NCBI RefSeq assembly: GCF_004010195.1
Contig: NC_057753.1
Location: 13,685,367 to 13,738,327 of the forward strand
Length of the DNA stretch: 52,961 nucleotides
Direction of reading: 5' to 3'
Source: Chiloscyllium plagiosum
Taxonomy: Eukaryota
Part shown: positions 11,450-23,075 of the stretch, piece by piece
Layout: every line of letters starts with the position of its first letter
How positions within the stretch are numbered: position 1 is the first letter of the stretch
The notes under the pieces: model-generated
The model's database searches: none
Seen by the model: only the letters and a program-made list of their open reading frames with translations
Told to the model about the DNA's origin: nothing
Position numbers and translations under genes: made by a program

Positions 11450-11550
11450 TTTGCAGAAGATTTGTAGCTCAGGTTGTGGATCAAGTTGTTGGTTTGCTTG
11501 CTGAGCTGGTGAGTTTGCTCTCAGACGTTTCATCTCCATGCTAGGCAATC
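11450..11550 (-). mobile_element. Penelope-derived terminal fragment
   Basis: 'gaagatttgtagctcaggttg...gctgagctgg...cagacgtttc' is the reverse complement of the element at 33020-33135. Confidence 0.55.
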
Positions 11551-12356
11551 TGACATGCTACCAACAATTTTAGATTTTCTCCGAGTAGCACAAATTGTGC
11601 TTCGAGATTTTTTTTTGTCGAAATGCAATGATAACTAACAGGTCTAGTGCTTGCCAGTTTTGGCCCCGTCCTTGCAGCTCGCGGGTAAAGTTCTGGGAAA
11701 GTACTTTAGTTAGTTACTAACACTTGAGTGATTGATAAAAGCATTAGTTCTGTTTTCTAGTAGCATTTATCCTGGATGCACGTCGTATTTTCCACGTTTC
11801 ATCAGTCAAGATGAAGGGTCCCGACATGCAATGTAGTTTTTCCGGCTTCCCTGATGCTGTCTGACCTGATGTCTCGTCCCATTTCCACATCTTATGGACT
11901 CTGGCTGCCAGCATCTGCATCCTTCCAAACTGCAGTTCGCAGTTAATCAAACTTGCTGTTCAATGGAAACTGAACATTTCTGCGTAATTCTATTTTGTCC
12001 TCTACCCAGGAATTTCTGACACCCTTTGCTAAATCGACGATCTGCAGTTTCCGGCGACTGATGCTTCACTTTTCGACACAGAAGTCAAATCATGTGAGCT
12101 GTTATAATTGACATAGAAGTCACAACCCACTGTGCTTGGGTAAGTTTCAACTGGAATGAAAAACATTGAACATAACAACTAGGATCACATCTATCGCCTT
12201 GATTTGTGTGAACATGTGGAAATTGTGGTGACCACTGCGGTTCTACTTTGGTTGGAAGGATCAGTTTGGGATATTGAAAATAAATAAACAGAAGAAGGTG
12301 GAAAACAGAACAAATTGATATTTTTCCGAGCAATTGTGCATCTGCATTAAGATGTG

Positions 12357-12357
<1 letters not shown>

Positions 12358-12420
<63 letters not shown>
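12358..12420. repeat. (GAT)~21 microsatellite
   Basis: Direct reading; it produces the poly-D/S/I spurious ORFs. Confidence 0.95.
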
Positions 12421-12440
12421 AGTAACAATTCGAATTTGGG

Positions 12441-12757
12441 GCGGCACGGTGGCGCAGTGGTTAGAACTGCTGCCTCACAGCGCCAGAGACCCGGGTTCAA
12501 TTCCCGCCTCAGGCAACTGACTGTGTGGAGTTTGCGCATTCTCCCCGTGTCTGCGTGGGTTTCTTCCGGGTTTGCTCCGGTTTCCTCCCACAGTCCAAAG
12601 ATGTGCAGGTCAGGTGAATTGGCCATGCTAAATTGCCCGTAGTGTTAGGTAAGGGATAAATGTAGGGACATGGGTGGGTTGCGTTTCGGCAGGTCGGTGT
12701 GGACTTGTTGGGCTCAAGGGCCTATTTCCACACTGTAATGTAATCAAATCTAATCTA
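12441..12757 (+). mobile_element. Full-length, young HE1-type SINE
   Basis: A-box 'gtggcgcagtgg', B-box 'gggttcaattcc', conserved core, tail 'gggcctatttccacactgtaatgtaatcaaatctaatcta'. Confidence 0.92.
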
Positions 12758-12924
12758 CTATTAATAATAATAAAAATAATTTGCGGAACCAGACACTAAC
12801 CTCTTTCAATGATTTGAAAATTCAGTAATTTTGCAGAGACAAGTCATGTTTCTCTCATCACCACAAGTGGGAGCTCTGTCATCGTGTCTGTGATTTCACC
12901 TAATTGGCTATGGATTACATAACA

Positions 12925-13197
12925 TCGTAGTTATACTCTCAAGCAAGTAATCCTGACAAATTGCCTGAATAATCCTGACTCATATTTCAACCATAGTAAT
13001 AAAAGAAGTTCAATTTAGTCACGATTCATCATTTAATTGGTGAACAAGTGCAATCGTGGTTATCCATTTAAGCAAGTAATGCAGGCAAAGTGAGTGAATA
13101 ATCGTGGCTCATATTCCAGCAATGGTAACAAAACAATATTGAATTTGCTTAATTAGTTCATCATCATTCATTATTTAGCTGAGAACAAGTAGAACGA
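12925..13197. repeat. Diverged tandem duplication of an ~130-bp unit
   Basis: 'aagcaagtaat...tgaataatc.tg.ctcatatt.ca.c.at.gtaa.aaaa...ttcatcat...gaacaagt' occurs twice in succession. Confidence 0.75.
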
Positions 13198-13485
13198 GCA
13201 TGTCATCACCACCAGGAGTGTTTGGAGAGAGCAACAAAGATGCATTTAAAAGAAGACAAGAAAAAACCTTGGGAGGGAGAAAAGGATGGACTGATTTGTA
13301 GGTAGAATGAGCGATGAAATAGGTATGATGCTTGTGGTTATTGTACGCACGGACACAGACTGGATGGTCCTAATGAGATGTTTTCTGCGTTCAATTGTTA
13401 TTGGTAACCCATGAACTTCCATCTTCAACTTGAATCGACCGAACGTTTAATTTCTGGATTTCCATTTCCTCCTCTCTTGTTCCTG

Positions 13486-13819
13486 ACCTGATCGATGCAG
13501 TTCATGTCAATCAGATTGAGCTCTCGCTCACACAGACAGAGGGAGAATATGTCACTTTGAACTGCATGTACACTGGTAACGCTGATGCCTTGTTTTGCAT
13601 GTTCAGTCACCAGTCACAGAGTCTGAGGTCGCATGCTGGAGGCGCACGAGCGGTGCTGCTGAATTTAAGGCGGGTTTCGCTCAGGTTAAAGCACTCATGC
13701 TTTCCAGCAAGCAGATGGGTTGTATCAATTAATCATATCGGAGCTACTGCAGAGTGACCACATGATCTCTAACTGTACAATTCAGTGCTGGAAACGTGTG
13801 AAATCCTCGTAGAAGAAAT
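13486..13819 (+). pseudogene. TCR alpha/delta V pseudogene (same family as the V at 16230-15927) with a degenerate 23-RSS
   Basis: Pieces DAVHVNQIELSLTQTEGEYVTLNCMY / WRRTSGAAEFKAGFAQ / LYQLIISELLQSD...C lie in shifting frames. Acceptor AG>TG. RSS TTCAGTG-23-AGAAGAAAT (13781-13819). The 3' flank is homologous to that of the intact V. Confidence 0.88.
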
Positions 13820-14889
13820 GCCTCAGGTTTCTTGGTGACAGCTGCTACCCATTGATGTCTGCTCATTACAGCTTATCACATACTGACACTTCAGTACATT
13901 TCTTTGAAAGGATTATGTGGGTTTTTCCTGATCAGTGAGCAGCACAATTAATGACAGAGGGTAACACTGGTACCCCAACATTAAATATGAGTGACCCAGA
14001 GTTACTCTATATAAAACAATTCAAATTAATGCTCATTTCAAGCTTAATTCTGTCATCAGAAAATATTTCAGCCACTGTACTGAATATATTTCAGACAATG
14101 CTGATAGATTAGTGAGTCCTAAAGGGCAGGAGTTGTTTGAGGATTCTTTTCGCAGTGAGGCAAGTCAACCATGATTTCATTTTCCGGTGCGGAAATTTCG
14201 ACAGGCTAAATTGACTCCTCCAGCTCCCATTAGGGGCACACATAGCCAACATGTTGGTCTCTAGAATTGGAGTACAATGGAGCTGAAAGGCGATTGGGTG
14301 ACTGTGTCAGAAATGAACCAATTAGCATGGAGACTGGACATGACACATCATTGATTCTTAAATGAAGCAATTCAGCTTCGATCCCTTGTTCCATTCACCA
14401 TCCGCTCTAAAAAAACATATTGGCTTTTATTATTCGTTTTGCTGCAACTCCTTTAAATGGTAAGTTCGTATGTTGTATTATGATCACTTCTAGGGAACAT
14501 GGTTATGACAATCATCTGTTCAACTGTGTTTCTTGATCTTGCAATATAAGCTTTAACTACATAACATTGATTATCATCGTTATTTTGATATAATTTTCTT
14601 TCTATATTTCCTTAGATATTACTTGTGCACATATGATATCACAGGAGCTGGTTACAGTGACACAGTTCTAAAGATATGTGGTGAGTATTCATTCAGTAAA
14701 AGACCCCTTGGAAGTGTGCCGCTAGGAGTCGGCTAACTGATGCAATACTCTTCATCGACATATTTAAATATGGGAATGCTGTTACAGCAAACTGCATTCG
14801 TGCTCGATTTTCTGCATCGATGGATGTTTCCAAATATGAGGGGAACTTTACTATAGGTGAGCTGAGCTGTCTGACAACGTAGGTGAACG

Positions 14890-15070
14890 TGAGGATGGCC
14901 GAGGCTGGAGATTAGAGTCGAGGAAGCTGAAAAAGCACAGCAGGCCAGGCAGCATCCGAGGACCAGGAAAAAATCGACGTTTCAGGCAAGAGCCCTTCTT
15001 CAGGAATGAGGCTGTGAGCCGAGAGGGTGGTGGGAGTGGGAAGAACGATGGACGGGTAGGACAGGTCATA
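14890..15070 (-). mobile_element. Penelope-like element 3' terminal fragment with hammerhead motif
   Basis: Reverse complement resembles 21660-21810. Confidence 0.7.
14972..15007 (-). ncRNA. Minimal hammerhead ribozyme motif
   Basis: attc CTGAAGA a gggc-tctt-gcct GAAA cg TC gatt. Confidence 0.6.
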
Positions 15071-15887
15071 AAATGTGATTCGGGATTTTATGCTATTTTA
15101 TACCTCAAAAGGTTTGTGAAAGACTAGACTCCAAAAATATCTGACCTGACTCTTTTCCAGTCATTCCTGAAAATTTAACTGAAACAGGAAAGATTCACCG
15201 GATAGATAAGAGGAAAAAATGAAATAATTATTGTTATTCAATTATTAATTCAGCCTTACCTGGTGAGTGCAGATATCTAAACGTCCTTCCAATGTTCTGC
15301 ACAATTAGTACATTTAAAAAAAAGGCTTTTATATTCCCTCGGTTTTCCGACCAGGTATTCCAAGAGAACCCCACGCCTGTCCTTCCAGATTATTGCTGTC
15401 AATATCATTGTTCTTATCCTCTCATTATATCCTGAAAATAACGCCCTTTTACCTTGTTACGTTGTAGAATGTAACCTTTATTGTTTGTATTTTAATAGTT
15501 GTTCAATTGGGTTTGTTTAAATATTAAGATTCTTCTCACATGGGTGACTGCTTTCTAGTCCCCATTAAGCAATTTCACATTGAAAATTATTTGTTCCATT
15601 TCATTTCAAAAAGGGCGGTACACGGAAATGGTTAGTGCCAGGTCAACTGCACATATTTTATTCTCAATGAAATTGAGTGAGGTGATCCTTGACATTCCCA
15701 AATAAACAACAGGGTACTCGGTCCTCACACGATGCAATAATCAGAAACAGCATTCGAAGTGAACAATTGTTAATGCTGATGACGGGATCTGTCCTCTGGG
15801 ACATATCCTTCACAGGAAGACGAAGCTTAAGTCTGTAACCTACAAACAGCCCGCAACAACAGCAGCTGTGACCCAGAAACATGCGGC

Positions 15888-15926
15888 AGTTATTGTACAA
15901 GGCTTTCACTCCTTTCTGTCACTGTG
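15888..15926 (-). promoter_or_regulatory. 23-RSS
   Basis: CACAGTG acagaaaggagtgaaagccttgt ACAATAACT. Confidence 0.95.
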
Positions 15927-16230
15927 AGGCTTATTGCACAGTAATAGACGGCGGTGTCAGACAGCAGAAGCTGCGAGATGGTCAATTGGTACAACTTCTC
16001 TGTCTTCTGGAGGGTATCAGAAAACCGGGTCTGAGCGAAATCTGCCTTCACGTCAGCACCACCACCCGTGTGCCTCCGAACTGCAAACTCTGGCTCTCTG
16101 CCTGAGTACTGACGGTACCAGTACAAGTAATAACCATCTTCAGAGTAGGTGCAATTTAACGTGACATCTTTTCCCTCTGTCTGCGTTAACGAAAGATACC
16201 GTTGAGTAACAGAAACTGCATCGCTCAAAT
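15927..16230 (-). CDS. TCR alpha/delta V segment, V exon (intact)
   Basis: Acceptor tgtgttccag. LSDAVSVTQRYLSLTQTEGKDVTLNCTYSEDGYYLYWYRQYSGREPEFAVRRHTGGGADVKADFAQTRFSDTLQKTEKLYQLTISQLLLSDTAVYYCAIS, with conserved C, WYRQ and DTAVYYC; canonical RSS. Confidence 0.95.
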
Positions 16231-16970
16231 CTGGAACACAAGATTAGGGAAAGCAGAAAACAAAGATTAAATGTTCGATTAAGGTAAACTGAACTTAGAA
16301 ATTCATGATATCTTCTAAATAGATAGAAGTTAGAGGAGAAGAAGCTCGTTCAGGTCGTTGGCCTCATGGCTGTGTGCATAATAACCACACGCATACTCGC
16401 TTATTTCTCCCTCTCATTTTAATAGTGGGTCTCTCCATTCCTTTCTCCTCTCCTGCTTATCTGCTTTCCTTTTAAGTGCATCTTTGTTCGTCACTCTAAC
16501 TACTCCTTGTGCTAATAAAAACCTATTGTACCTGTTCTCCGGATAAACAGCTGTTATTCTTTTCCCCCTAACATCCTCATTAGATAATTTTGTGCCGTTT
16601 AACCTTGCTTATTTAGATGTATAGATCTGGAATCCTCCTCAACTGTACTATGTTGCTTCGTGACCCGAACATAAGATCCTTTCACCATTGTAAAGACATC
16701 AATCTAGATACCCTTTAGTGTTCCCATTAGGGGAGAAATGGTCGCAACCCGATACGTTGATTTCTGTCAAACTTTCAATTCCAGCAACATCTGTATAACT
16801 CACTTTTCTCTTGCAGTTTGTATCCCTTCATTTTTTTGTGGAAGACAGAGACCTGAATTGCGTGCAAGTATGAAGCGTGCTTTGAAGTTGCTCTAATATT
16901 CGTCAAATCCGTGCACTCTGTTTCTCAAATATATTATTCCTTCAATTAAACTTCTTTTTAAATTTCTTAC

Positions 16971-17016
16971 CAACAATGGAGGCAACGCAGGTCAGTGAGA
17001 GAACGGACAGCAACAT
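16971..17016 (-). CDS. Leader exon of the V at 16230-15927
   Basis: MLLSVLSLTCVASIV + G|GTAAG; 46 nt, phase 1, joins in frame; 740-nt intron. Confidence 0.88.
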
Positions 17017-17111
17017 CACTGCTGGTTTGGAATTCGATGTCAAATTTTGTGTCTCAAAAGTCTGCCGAACATCCAAGAAGAAAATGCTGTCAGCTTGGAT
17101 TACGTTTAATT

Positions 17112-17126
17112 TGATGTCACTTCCTG
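17112..17126 (-). promoter_or_regulatory. TCR V promoter decamer overlapping an ETS site
   Basis: Minus strand CAGGAAGTGACATCA: exact AGTGAYRTCA decamer plus GGAAGT, ~95 bp upstream of the ATG. Confidence 0.7.
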
Positions 17127-17479
17127 CAAGTCGTGCGATAGGATGACCTTGAACTGACGTTCTGATAACGTCGATAGCCACAAGTTCCTGTTTATGTTAG
17201 AAAAGAGAAATATTAGAAGCTCACTCTGTTGCTCAGAAAAGGATGACCAAATGTAGAAAGCTTGCTTTTAATTGACTTAAGAGAAGTTTGATCGCCAACT
17301 GAATGTAGAAACAATTTAAACTCTGATTGATTTCAAACAAAGCTCAGGCGTTAAATGATCAAAACAACTATGTAAATAAAAGAAATTCGATTTTGAAATT
17401 AGATTGAGAAGTTCCGTTTTCATTTATTGTCTCTAATCAGAGTGAGGGTACAGACGGGTTGAGGTCTGATAAACTTTCT

Positions 17480-17975
17480 ACGTGGGATTTCCAGACATTC
17501 ATTTCCCTCCTCCTCCTAGTCAGCCTTCTGCATGGACCATTTCCCCTGGGACACACTGCCCAACTCTTCCTTCAACCCCAATAGCACTCACAGACTCACA
17601 AAACCTTCGGTTACAGTCAGAGAAGATGCAACACCTTTCCGTTCAGTTCCACTCTCCTCATCATCCAACGGCCAAAACATATTTTCCAGGTGAAGCAGTG
17701 CTTTACCTGCACTTCATCCGATTTAGTTTACTTCATTCATTACTCACAATGTCGTCTCTTCTACACTGGGAAAACAGTGTAGGCTGTGTGGCTGCTATGC
17801 AGAACACTTGTATTCTCTTCGCAATGAAACGATCCTGAACATTCAACACACCACTCTGTTCCCTATCCAATACCTTGGTTCAGGTTTTACTGCAACGCAA
17901 GAGTGAAGCTCAGTGCAACTTAGAAAAATAACAAACACCTCATTTTTAGCTTAGATAACGTGAGCCTTCTGGACG
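17480..17975 (+). mobile_element. Very decayed Penelope-like GIY-YIG region
   Basis: 'tttacctgcacttcatccgatttagtttacttcattcattactcacaatgtcgtctcttctacactgggaaaac' parallels the FTCTS..VIYCI.CS.CGLLYIGET coding DNA at 21170-21245. Confidence 0.65.
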
Positions 17976-18064
17976 CAATACTGATTTCTTTCGGGCTGGA
18001 GCTCTCCCAAGTCCATATCCCAAGTATCACAACCAGACTTTGTATTGTCTGTTAACTTATAGAT

Positions 18065-20014
18065 CCACTGTGGTACTAGAGAAACACAGCAGGTCAATCC
18101 AAGCAGCAGGATAATCGATATTTCGAGAATAAGCTCTTCATCAGGAATGAAGGTTGTGGGCCAGGGGAGGGTACAGTGCTGCTGAGAGATAAATGTCCGT
18201 GGTGTCGGTCTAGGGGAGAGGTACCTGGAATGTGATAGGTCGATGAAGATGGTGGTAAAAGTGATCGGTTTGAGTTGAGAGTAGAGCGGATAGGTGGGAT
18301 GGAAGATGGACAGGTTACAGAGCGGTGCCAATTTAGACGCTTGGGAATGGGATAAGTTTGGGGAGGAGAAATGGCGAAACTGGTGAAATCCACATTGATC
18401 CTGTGTGGTTGCAGTGTCCCAAAGCGAACGATGAGGCATTCTTCCTCCAGGAATCGGGTGATTAGGGTTTGGCGGCGGAGGAGAACCAGGACCTGCATGT
18501 CCTTGGAGATTGGGACGGGGAGTTGAAGTTTTCAGCCAAGGGATAATGGTGTTCGCTGGTGCGGGTGTCCAAGAGATGGTATCTGAAACAATTCACGTTT
18601 TGGTTGCTTGTCTCCCTGATGTAGAGGAGAGCACAGCTTGTGCAACAGATACAGTAGATGACGTATGCGGAAGTACAGGTAAATTTCTGTCGAATGTGGA
18701 AGTATCTTGGATAGTTGTGAGTGGGGAGGTGTGTACCCAGGTTTTGCACTTCTTGCGGTGACAGGGGACGGTGCTGGGAGTATGGTTAGGCTGATGTGAG
18801 GCGTAGATCTGACAAGGGAGTCGTGGAGGGAATGGTCTCTCCAAACCGCACATGTGGGTGAGCAGGAAAATATAGATTTAGTGCTGGGATTTGTTTGCAG
18901 TTGGCAGACGTGGCAGAGGATGATGTAATATACCAGGAGGTTGGTGGAGTGGAAGGTGAGGACCAGGGGTGTTCTGTCCTTGTTGCGATGGAGGTATGTC
19001 CAAGGGTGGAGGTGTGAAGTGAAGCAGATGCACTAGAGGGCATCGTCGACTCCGTCAGAGCAGAAATTGCAGTCATTGAAGAAGGCGGCCATCTGGTATG
19101 TTCTATGGTAGAATTGATTCTTCTGGGAGCAGAGGAAGTGTAGGCTGAGGAATTGGAAACAAGAGATGGTGTTCTAACAGGAGGAAGGGTCGGAGGAGGT
19201 GTATTCCATGTTGGTGTGGGAGTCTGTGGCTTTGTAGTAAATGTCCATGCATAGTTGGTCGCAGGAGATGGAGGTGGAGAGGTACAGGAAGGGGAGGGAG
19301 GTATCTGAGATGGTGAAGGTGAATTTGAGATCAGGTGGAAGGTGCTTGAGAAGTTGAAGTCAATGTCCTCATGGGAGCAAGAGGTAGCGCCAATACAGTC
19401 ATCAATGCAACAGAGGAACTGGTATGGAATGGTGCCAGCGTAGTTGTGAAAGATGGACTGTTCCACATACCCGACGAAGAGGCAGGAATAGCTGAGACCC
19501 AATCGGAAGCCCATGGTTTGGAGGAAGTGGGAGGATGGGTATGAGAAATTGTTGAGGGTCAGGACCATTTAAGCCAGCTCAATGAGAGTGTCAGTGAAAT
19601 GTTACCGGTTTGGTCGGCGTGAGAGGAAAAAGAGAACAGAGGGCTTGGAAGACTTTGTCATGGCGGATGGATGTGTACAGGGACTGAATATTCATGGCAA
19701 AGATAAGATGTTCAGGCCGGGGAAACTAAAGTCTTGGAGAAAGTGAAGGGCGTGGATTGTGTCCTGAATGTAAATGGAATGTTCTTGGACTAAGGGGTTA
19801 GGACCGTGTCAAGTTATGCAGAGGTGAATTCAGTGGGGTTGGAGCAGGCTAACACAATGTGGCGACCGGTGCAGTCAGGTGTGTGAATCTTGGGTCAGAG
19901 GTAGAATCGGACAGTGTGGTATTCTTAGACTATGAGTTTGGAGACTGTGGATGGGAGATACTCAGAGGTGATGATTTTGTGAATGGTCTGGGAGTTGATA
20001 GTTTGGTAATGGGA
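18065..20014 (-). mobile_element. Penelope-like retroelement, older antisense copy (RT + GIY-YIG + 3' end), frameshifted
   Basis: Minus ORFs VLTLNNFS..SSHFLQT..CLFVGYVEQ..CIDDCIGA and KFTCTSAYVIYCICCTSCALLYIRET. Continues at 21851-22020. Confidence 0.9.
18113..18148 (-). ncRNA. Minimal hammerhead ribozyme motif
   Basis: attc CTGATGA a gag-cttatt-ctc GAAA ta TC gatt. Confidence 0.6.
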
Positions 20015-21850
20015 AGCCAAACGCCAACTCGAGGACACCTCTTCCTACTGCCCCCTCGACCATGACCCCACCCCCCCATCACCAAACCATCATCTCCCAG
20101 ACCATACTGAACCACATCACCTCAGGAGATATCCCACCCACAGCTTCCAAACTCATAGTCCGGGAACCCCGCACTGCCCGGTTCTACCTCCTTCCCAAGA
20201 TCCACAAGCCTGACCACCCTGGCCGACCCATTGTCTCAGCATGCTCCGGCCCCACTGAGCTCATCTCTACCAACCTCGACACTGTGCTATCCCCCCTAGT
20301 CCAGGCACTCCCCACATACGTCCGAGACACCACCCACGCCCTCCACCTCCTCCAAGACTTCCGTTTCCCTGGCCCCCAACGCCTCATCTTCACCATGGAT
20401 ATCCAATCCCTCTACACCTCCATCCGCCATGACCAGGGCCTCCAAGCCCTCAGTTCATTTCTCTCCAGACGTCCCCAACAGTACCCTTCCACCGACACTC
20501 TCATTCGTTTGGCTGAACTGGTCCTCACCCTTAACAATTTCTCCTTTGAATCCTCCCACTTCCTCCAGACCAAAGGGGTAGCCATGGGCACACATATGGG
20601 CCCCAGCTATGCCTGTCTCTTGGTTGGCTACGTAGAGCAGTTGATCTTCCGTAATTACACCGGCACCACTCCCCACCTCTTCCTACGCTACATTGATGAC
20701 TGCATTGGCGCCACCTCGTGCTCCCACAAGGAGGTTGAGCAATTCATCAACTTCACCAACACATTCCACCCTGACCTTAAATTTACCTGGACCATCTCTG
20801 ACACCTCCCTCCCCCTCCTGGACGCACCTCCGCCCTCAGACCCAACCCCTCCAACCGCAACAAGGACAGAACTCCCCTGGTGCTCACCTTCCACCCTACC
20901 AACCTTCACATAAACCAAGTCATCCGCCGACATTTCCGCCACCTCCAAACAGACCCCACCACCAGGGATATATTTCCTTTCCCACCCCTCTCCGCCTTCC
21001 GCAAAGACCGTTCCCTCCGTGTCTACCTGGTCAGGTCCACGCCCCCCTACGACCCACCCTCCCATCCTGGCACTTTCCCCTGCCACCGCAGGAACTGTAA
21101 AACCTGTGCCCACACCTCCTCCCTCACCTCTATCCAAGGCCCTAAAGGAGCCTTCCACATCCATCAAAGTTTTATCTGCACATCCACTAATATCATTTAT
21201 TGTATCCGTTGCTCCCGATGCGGTCTCCTCTACATTCGGGAAACTGGGCGCCTCCCAGCAGAGCGCTTTAGGGAACATCTCCGAGCCACCCGCACCAATC
21301 AACCACACCGCCCTGTGGCCCAACATTTCAACTCCCCCTCCCACTCTGCCGAGGACATGAAGGTCCTGGGCCTCTTTCACCGCCGCTCCCTCACCACCAG
21401 ACGCCTGGAGGAAGAACGCCTCATCTTCCGCCTCAGAACACTTCAACCCCAGGGCATCAATGTGGACTTCAGCAGCTTCCTCATTTCCCCTTCCCCCACC
21501 TCATCCTAGTTTCAAACTTTCAGCTCAGCACTTGTCCCCATGACTTGTCTGGACTTGTCCGACCTGCCTAGTTCCTTTTCCACCTACCCACTCCACCCTC
21601 TCTTCCCTGACCTACCACCTTCACCTTCTCCCCCACTCACCCATTGTACTCTATGCTACTCTCTCCCCACCCCACTCTCCCCTCGCTTTTCTCTCCACGC
21701 TTCAAGCTCACTGCCTTTATTCCTGATGAAGGGCTTTTGCCCGAAACGTCGATTTCGCTGCTCGTTGGATGCTGCCTGAACTGCTGTGCTCTTCCAGCAT
21801 CACTGATCCAGAATCTGGTTTCCAGCATCTGCAGTCATTGTTTTTACCCC
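20015..21850 (+). mobile_element. Younger Penelope-like element, 5'-truncated and internally deleted, flanked by a 7-bp TSD AATGGGA
   Basis: RT motifs FYLLPKIHK, RPIVS, DIQSLYTSI, GVAMG, RYIDD (20062-20823). GIY-YIG 'IIYCIRCSRCGLLYIRETG...RFREH' (stop 21509). TSD at 20008-20014 and 21851-21857. Confidence 0.93.
21718..21754 (+). ncRNA. Minimal (type I-like) hammerhead ribozyme in the Penelope 3' region
   Basis: attc CTGATGA a gggc-tttt-gccc GAAA cg TC gatt: full core, perfect stem II, palindromic ACGT stem III. Confidence 0.75.
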
Positions 21851-22757
21851 AATGGGAGGTGAGGTCGTGGTTGAGGGGGCAGTAAGAGGAGGGGTCTGCG
21901 AGTTGGCACCTGGCTTCAGCAGTGTGAGGTCGGTGCTCCGAACTTCCACAACACCCCCCGCACCTTGTCTGCTGGGTTAATTGTGATGTTGGGATTGGAG
22001 TGGAGAGAATGGAAGGCTCTGCATTCCACCAGAGAAAATCCCAGATGGCTTCCATCTTTAAAGACCACAACCTCCACTGCCACGAGCAGAAATGCAAACC
22101 TTGCACCCAAATCTCCTCCCAACCTCCGTTCAAGGTTCTAAAGGATCTTTCGACATTCGACAGAAATTTACCTGCACTTCCACACACGTCATCTACTGTA
22201 GCCGTTGCACCCGATATGGTCGCCTCTACTTTGGAAAGACAGGACGCCGAAGTGCAGATTGTTTCAGAGAACATCTCTGGGACACCCGCACCAACCAACC
22301 CCTCCGCCCCGTGGCTGAAAACTTCAACACCCTCTCCTACTCCACTATGGCCATGCAGATCCTGGGCCTTCTCCATTTCCAAAGCCTAACCACCCAACGC
22401 CTGGAGGAAGAATGCCTCATCTTCCACCTTAGACCCTGCAACCACACAGGATCAATGTTGATTTCACCAGTTTCCACATTTACCCTCCCCCACTTTATCC
22501 CAGTCCCAAGCGTCCAACACGTAAACTGTCCATCTTCCTTCCCACCTATCCACTCCACCCACCTCTCCAATCTATCACTTTCACCTCACCTTCATCTAAT
22601 TATTACATTCCCAGCTACCTTGCCCCAGCTCCACACCTCTCCCATTTATCTCTCAGTCCCCCGCCCCATAAGCCTTATTCCTGATGAACGGCTTATGCCC
22701 AAGACCTCGATTTTACTGCTCCTTCAATGCTGCCTGACCTGCCTTGCTTTTCCTTGT
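21851..22757. mobile_element. Remainder of the older Penelope copy: antisense RT piece (21851-~22020) switching to a sense GIY-YIG plus 3' end (~22022-22757)
   Basis: Minus 'NPNITINPADK..G...RCQLADPSSYCPLNHD'; plus 'KFTCTSTHVIYCSRCTRYGRLYFGKTGR..FREH'; degenerate hammerhead at 22681. Confidence 0.85.
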
Positions 22758-22799
22758 TATTAATATACAACACATATTGTTAGCCACTAAAAGTCCCCA

Positions 22800-23075
22800 T
22801 TAACGCTATTTTCACCCGCATAGTCAGATCGTTATCATCTGCTAGGTCTGTCCAATTGCTCTTCTTTCTCTTTGGGCTTTATCACCACATATCGTTTCCT
22901 TCTCACACACTATCACCACTCTAATGTCTACACATAAAACAGCATTTTCAGAGCTACAACCAGTTCTGAGGAAATGTCACGCAAACAGGAACGTTAACTC
23001 TGACTTCTCTCTACAGATGCTGCCAGACGTCCTGAGCTTTTCCAACAATTTACATTTTTCTCTGAGATTTTAAGC
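22800..23075 (+). mobile_element. Penelope-derived terminal fragment (second family)
   Basis: 'cagttctgaggaaatgtcac...ggaacgttaactctgacttctctctacagatgctgccagac.tcctgagcttttccaacaatt'; related copy at 51060-51195. Confidence 0.55.

Noticed and set aside
12441-12515. tRNA-like sequence
   Set aside because: It is the tRNA-derived head of a SINE, not a tRNA gene
12085-12642. Poly-I, poly-S and poly-D ORFs
   Set aside because: Translations of the (GAT)n microsatellite plus SINE
13364-13410. Candidate leader MVLMRCFLRSIVI-G|GTAACC for the 13486 pseudogene
   Set aside because: Short, and it overlaps sequence that appears homologous to the intron of the intact paralog
20688-21446. 252-aa minus-strand ORF and other Pro/Gly-rich ORFs
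   Set aside because: Shadow frames of the C-rich Penelope ORF
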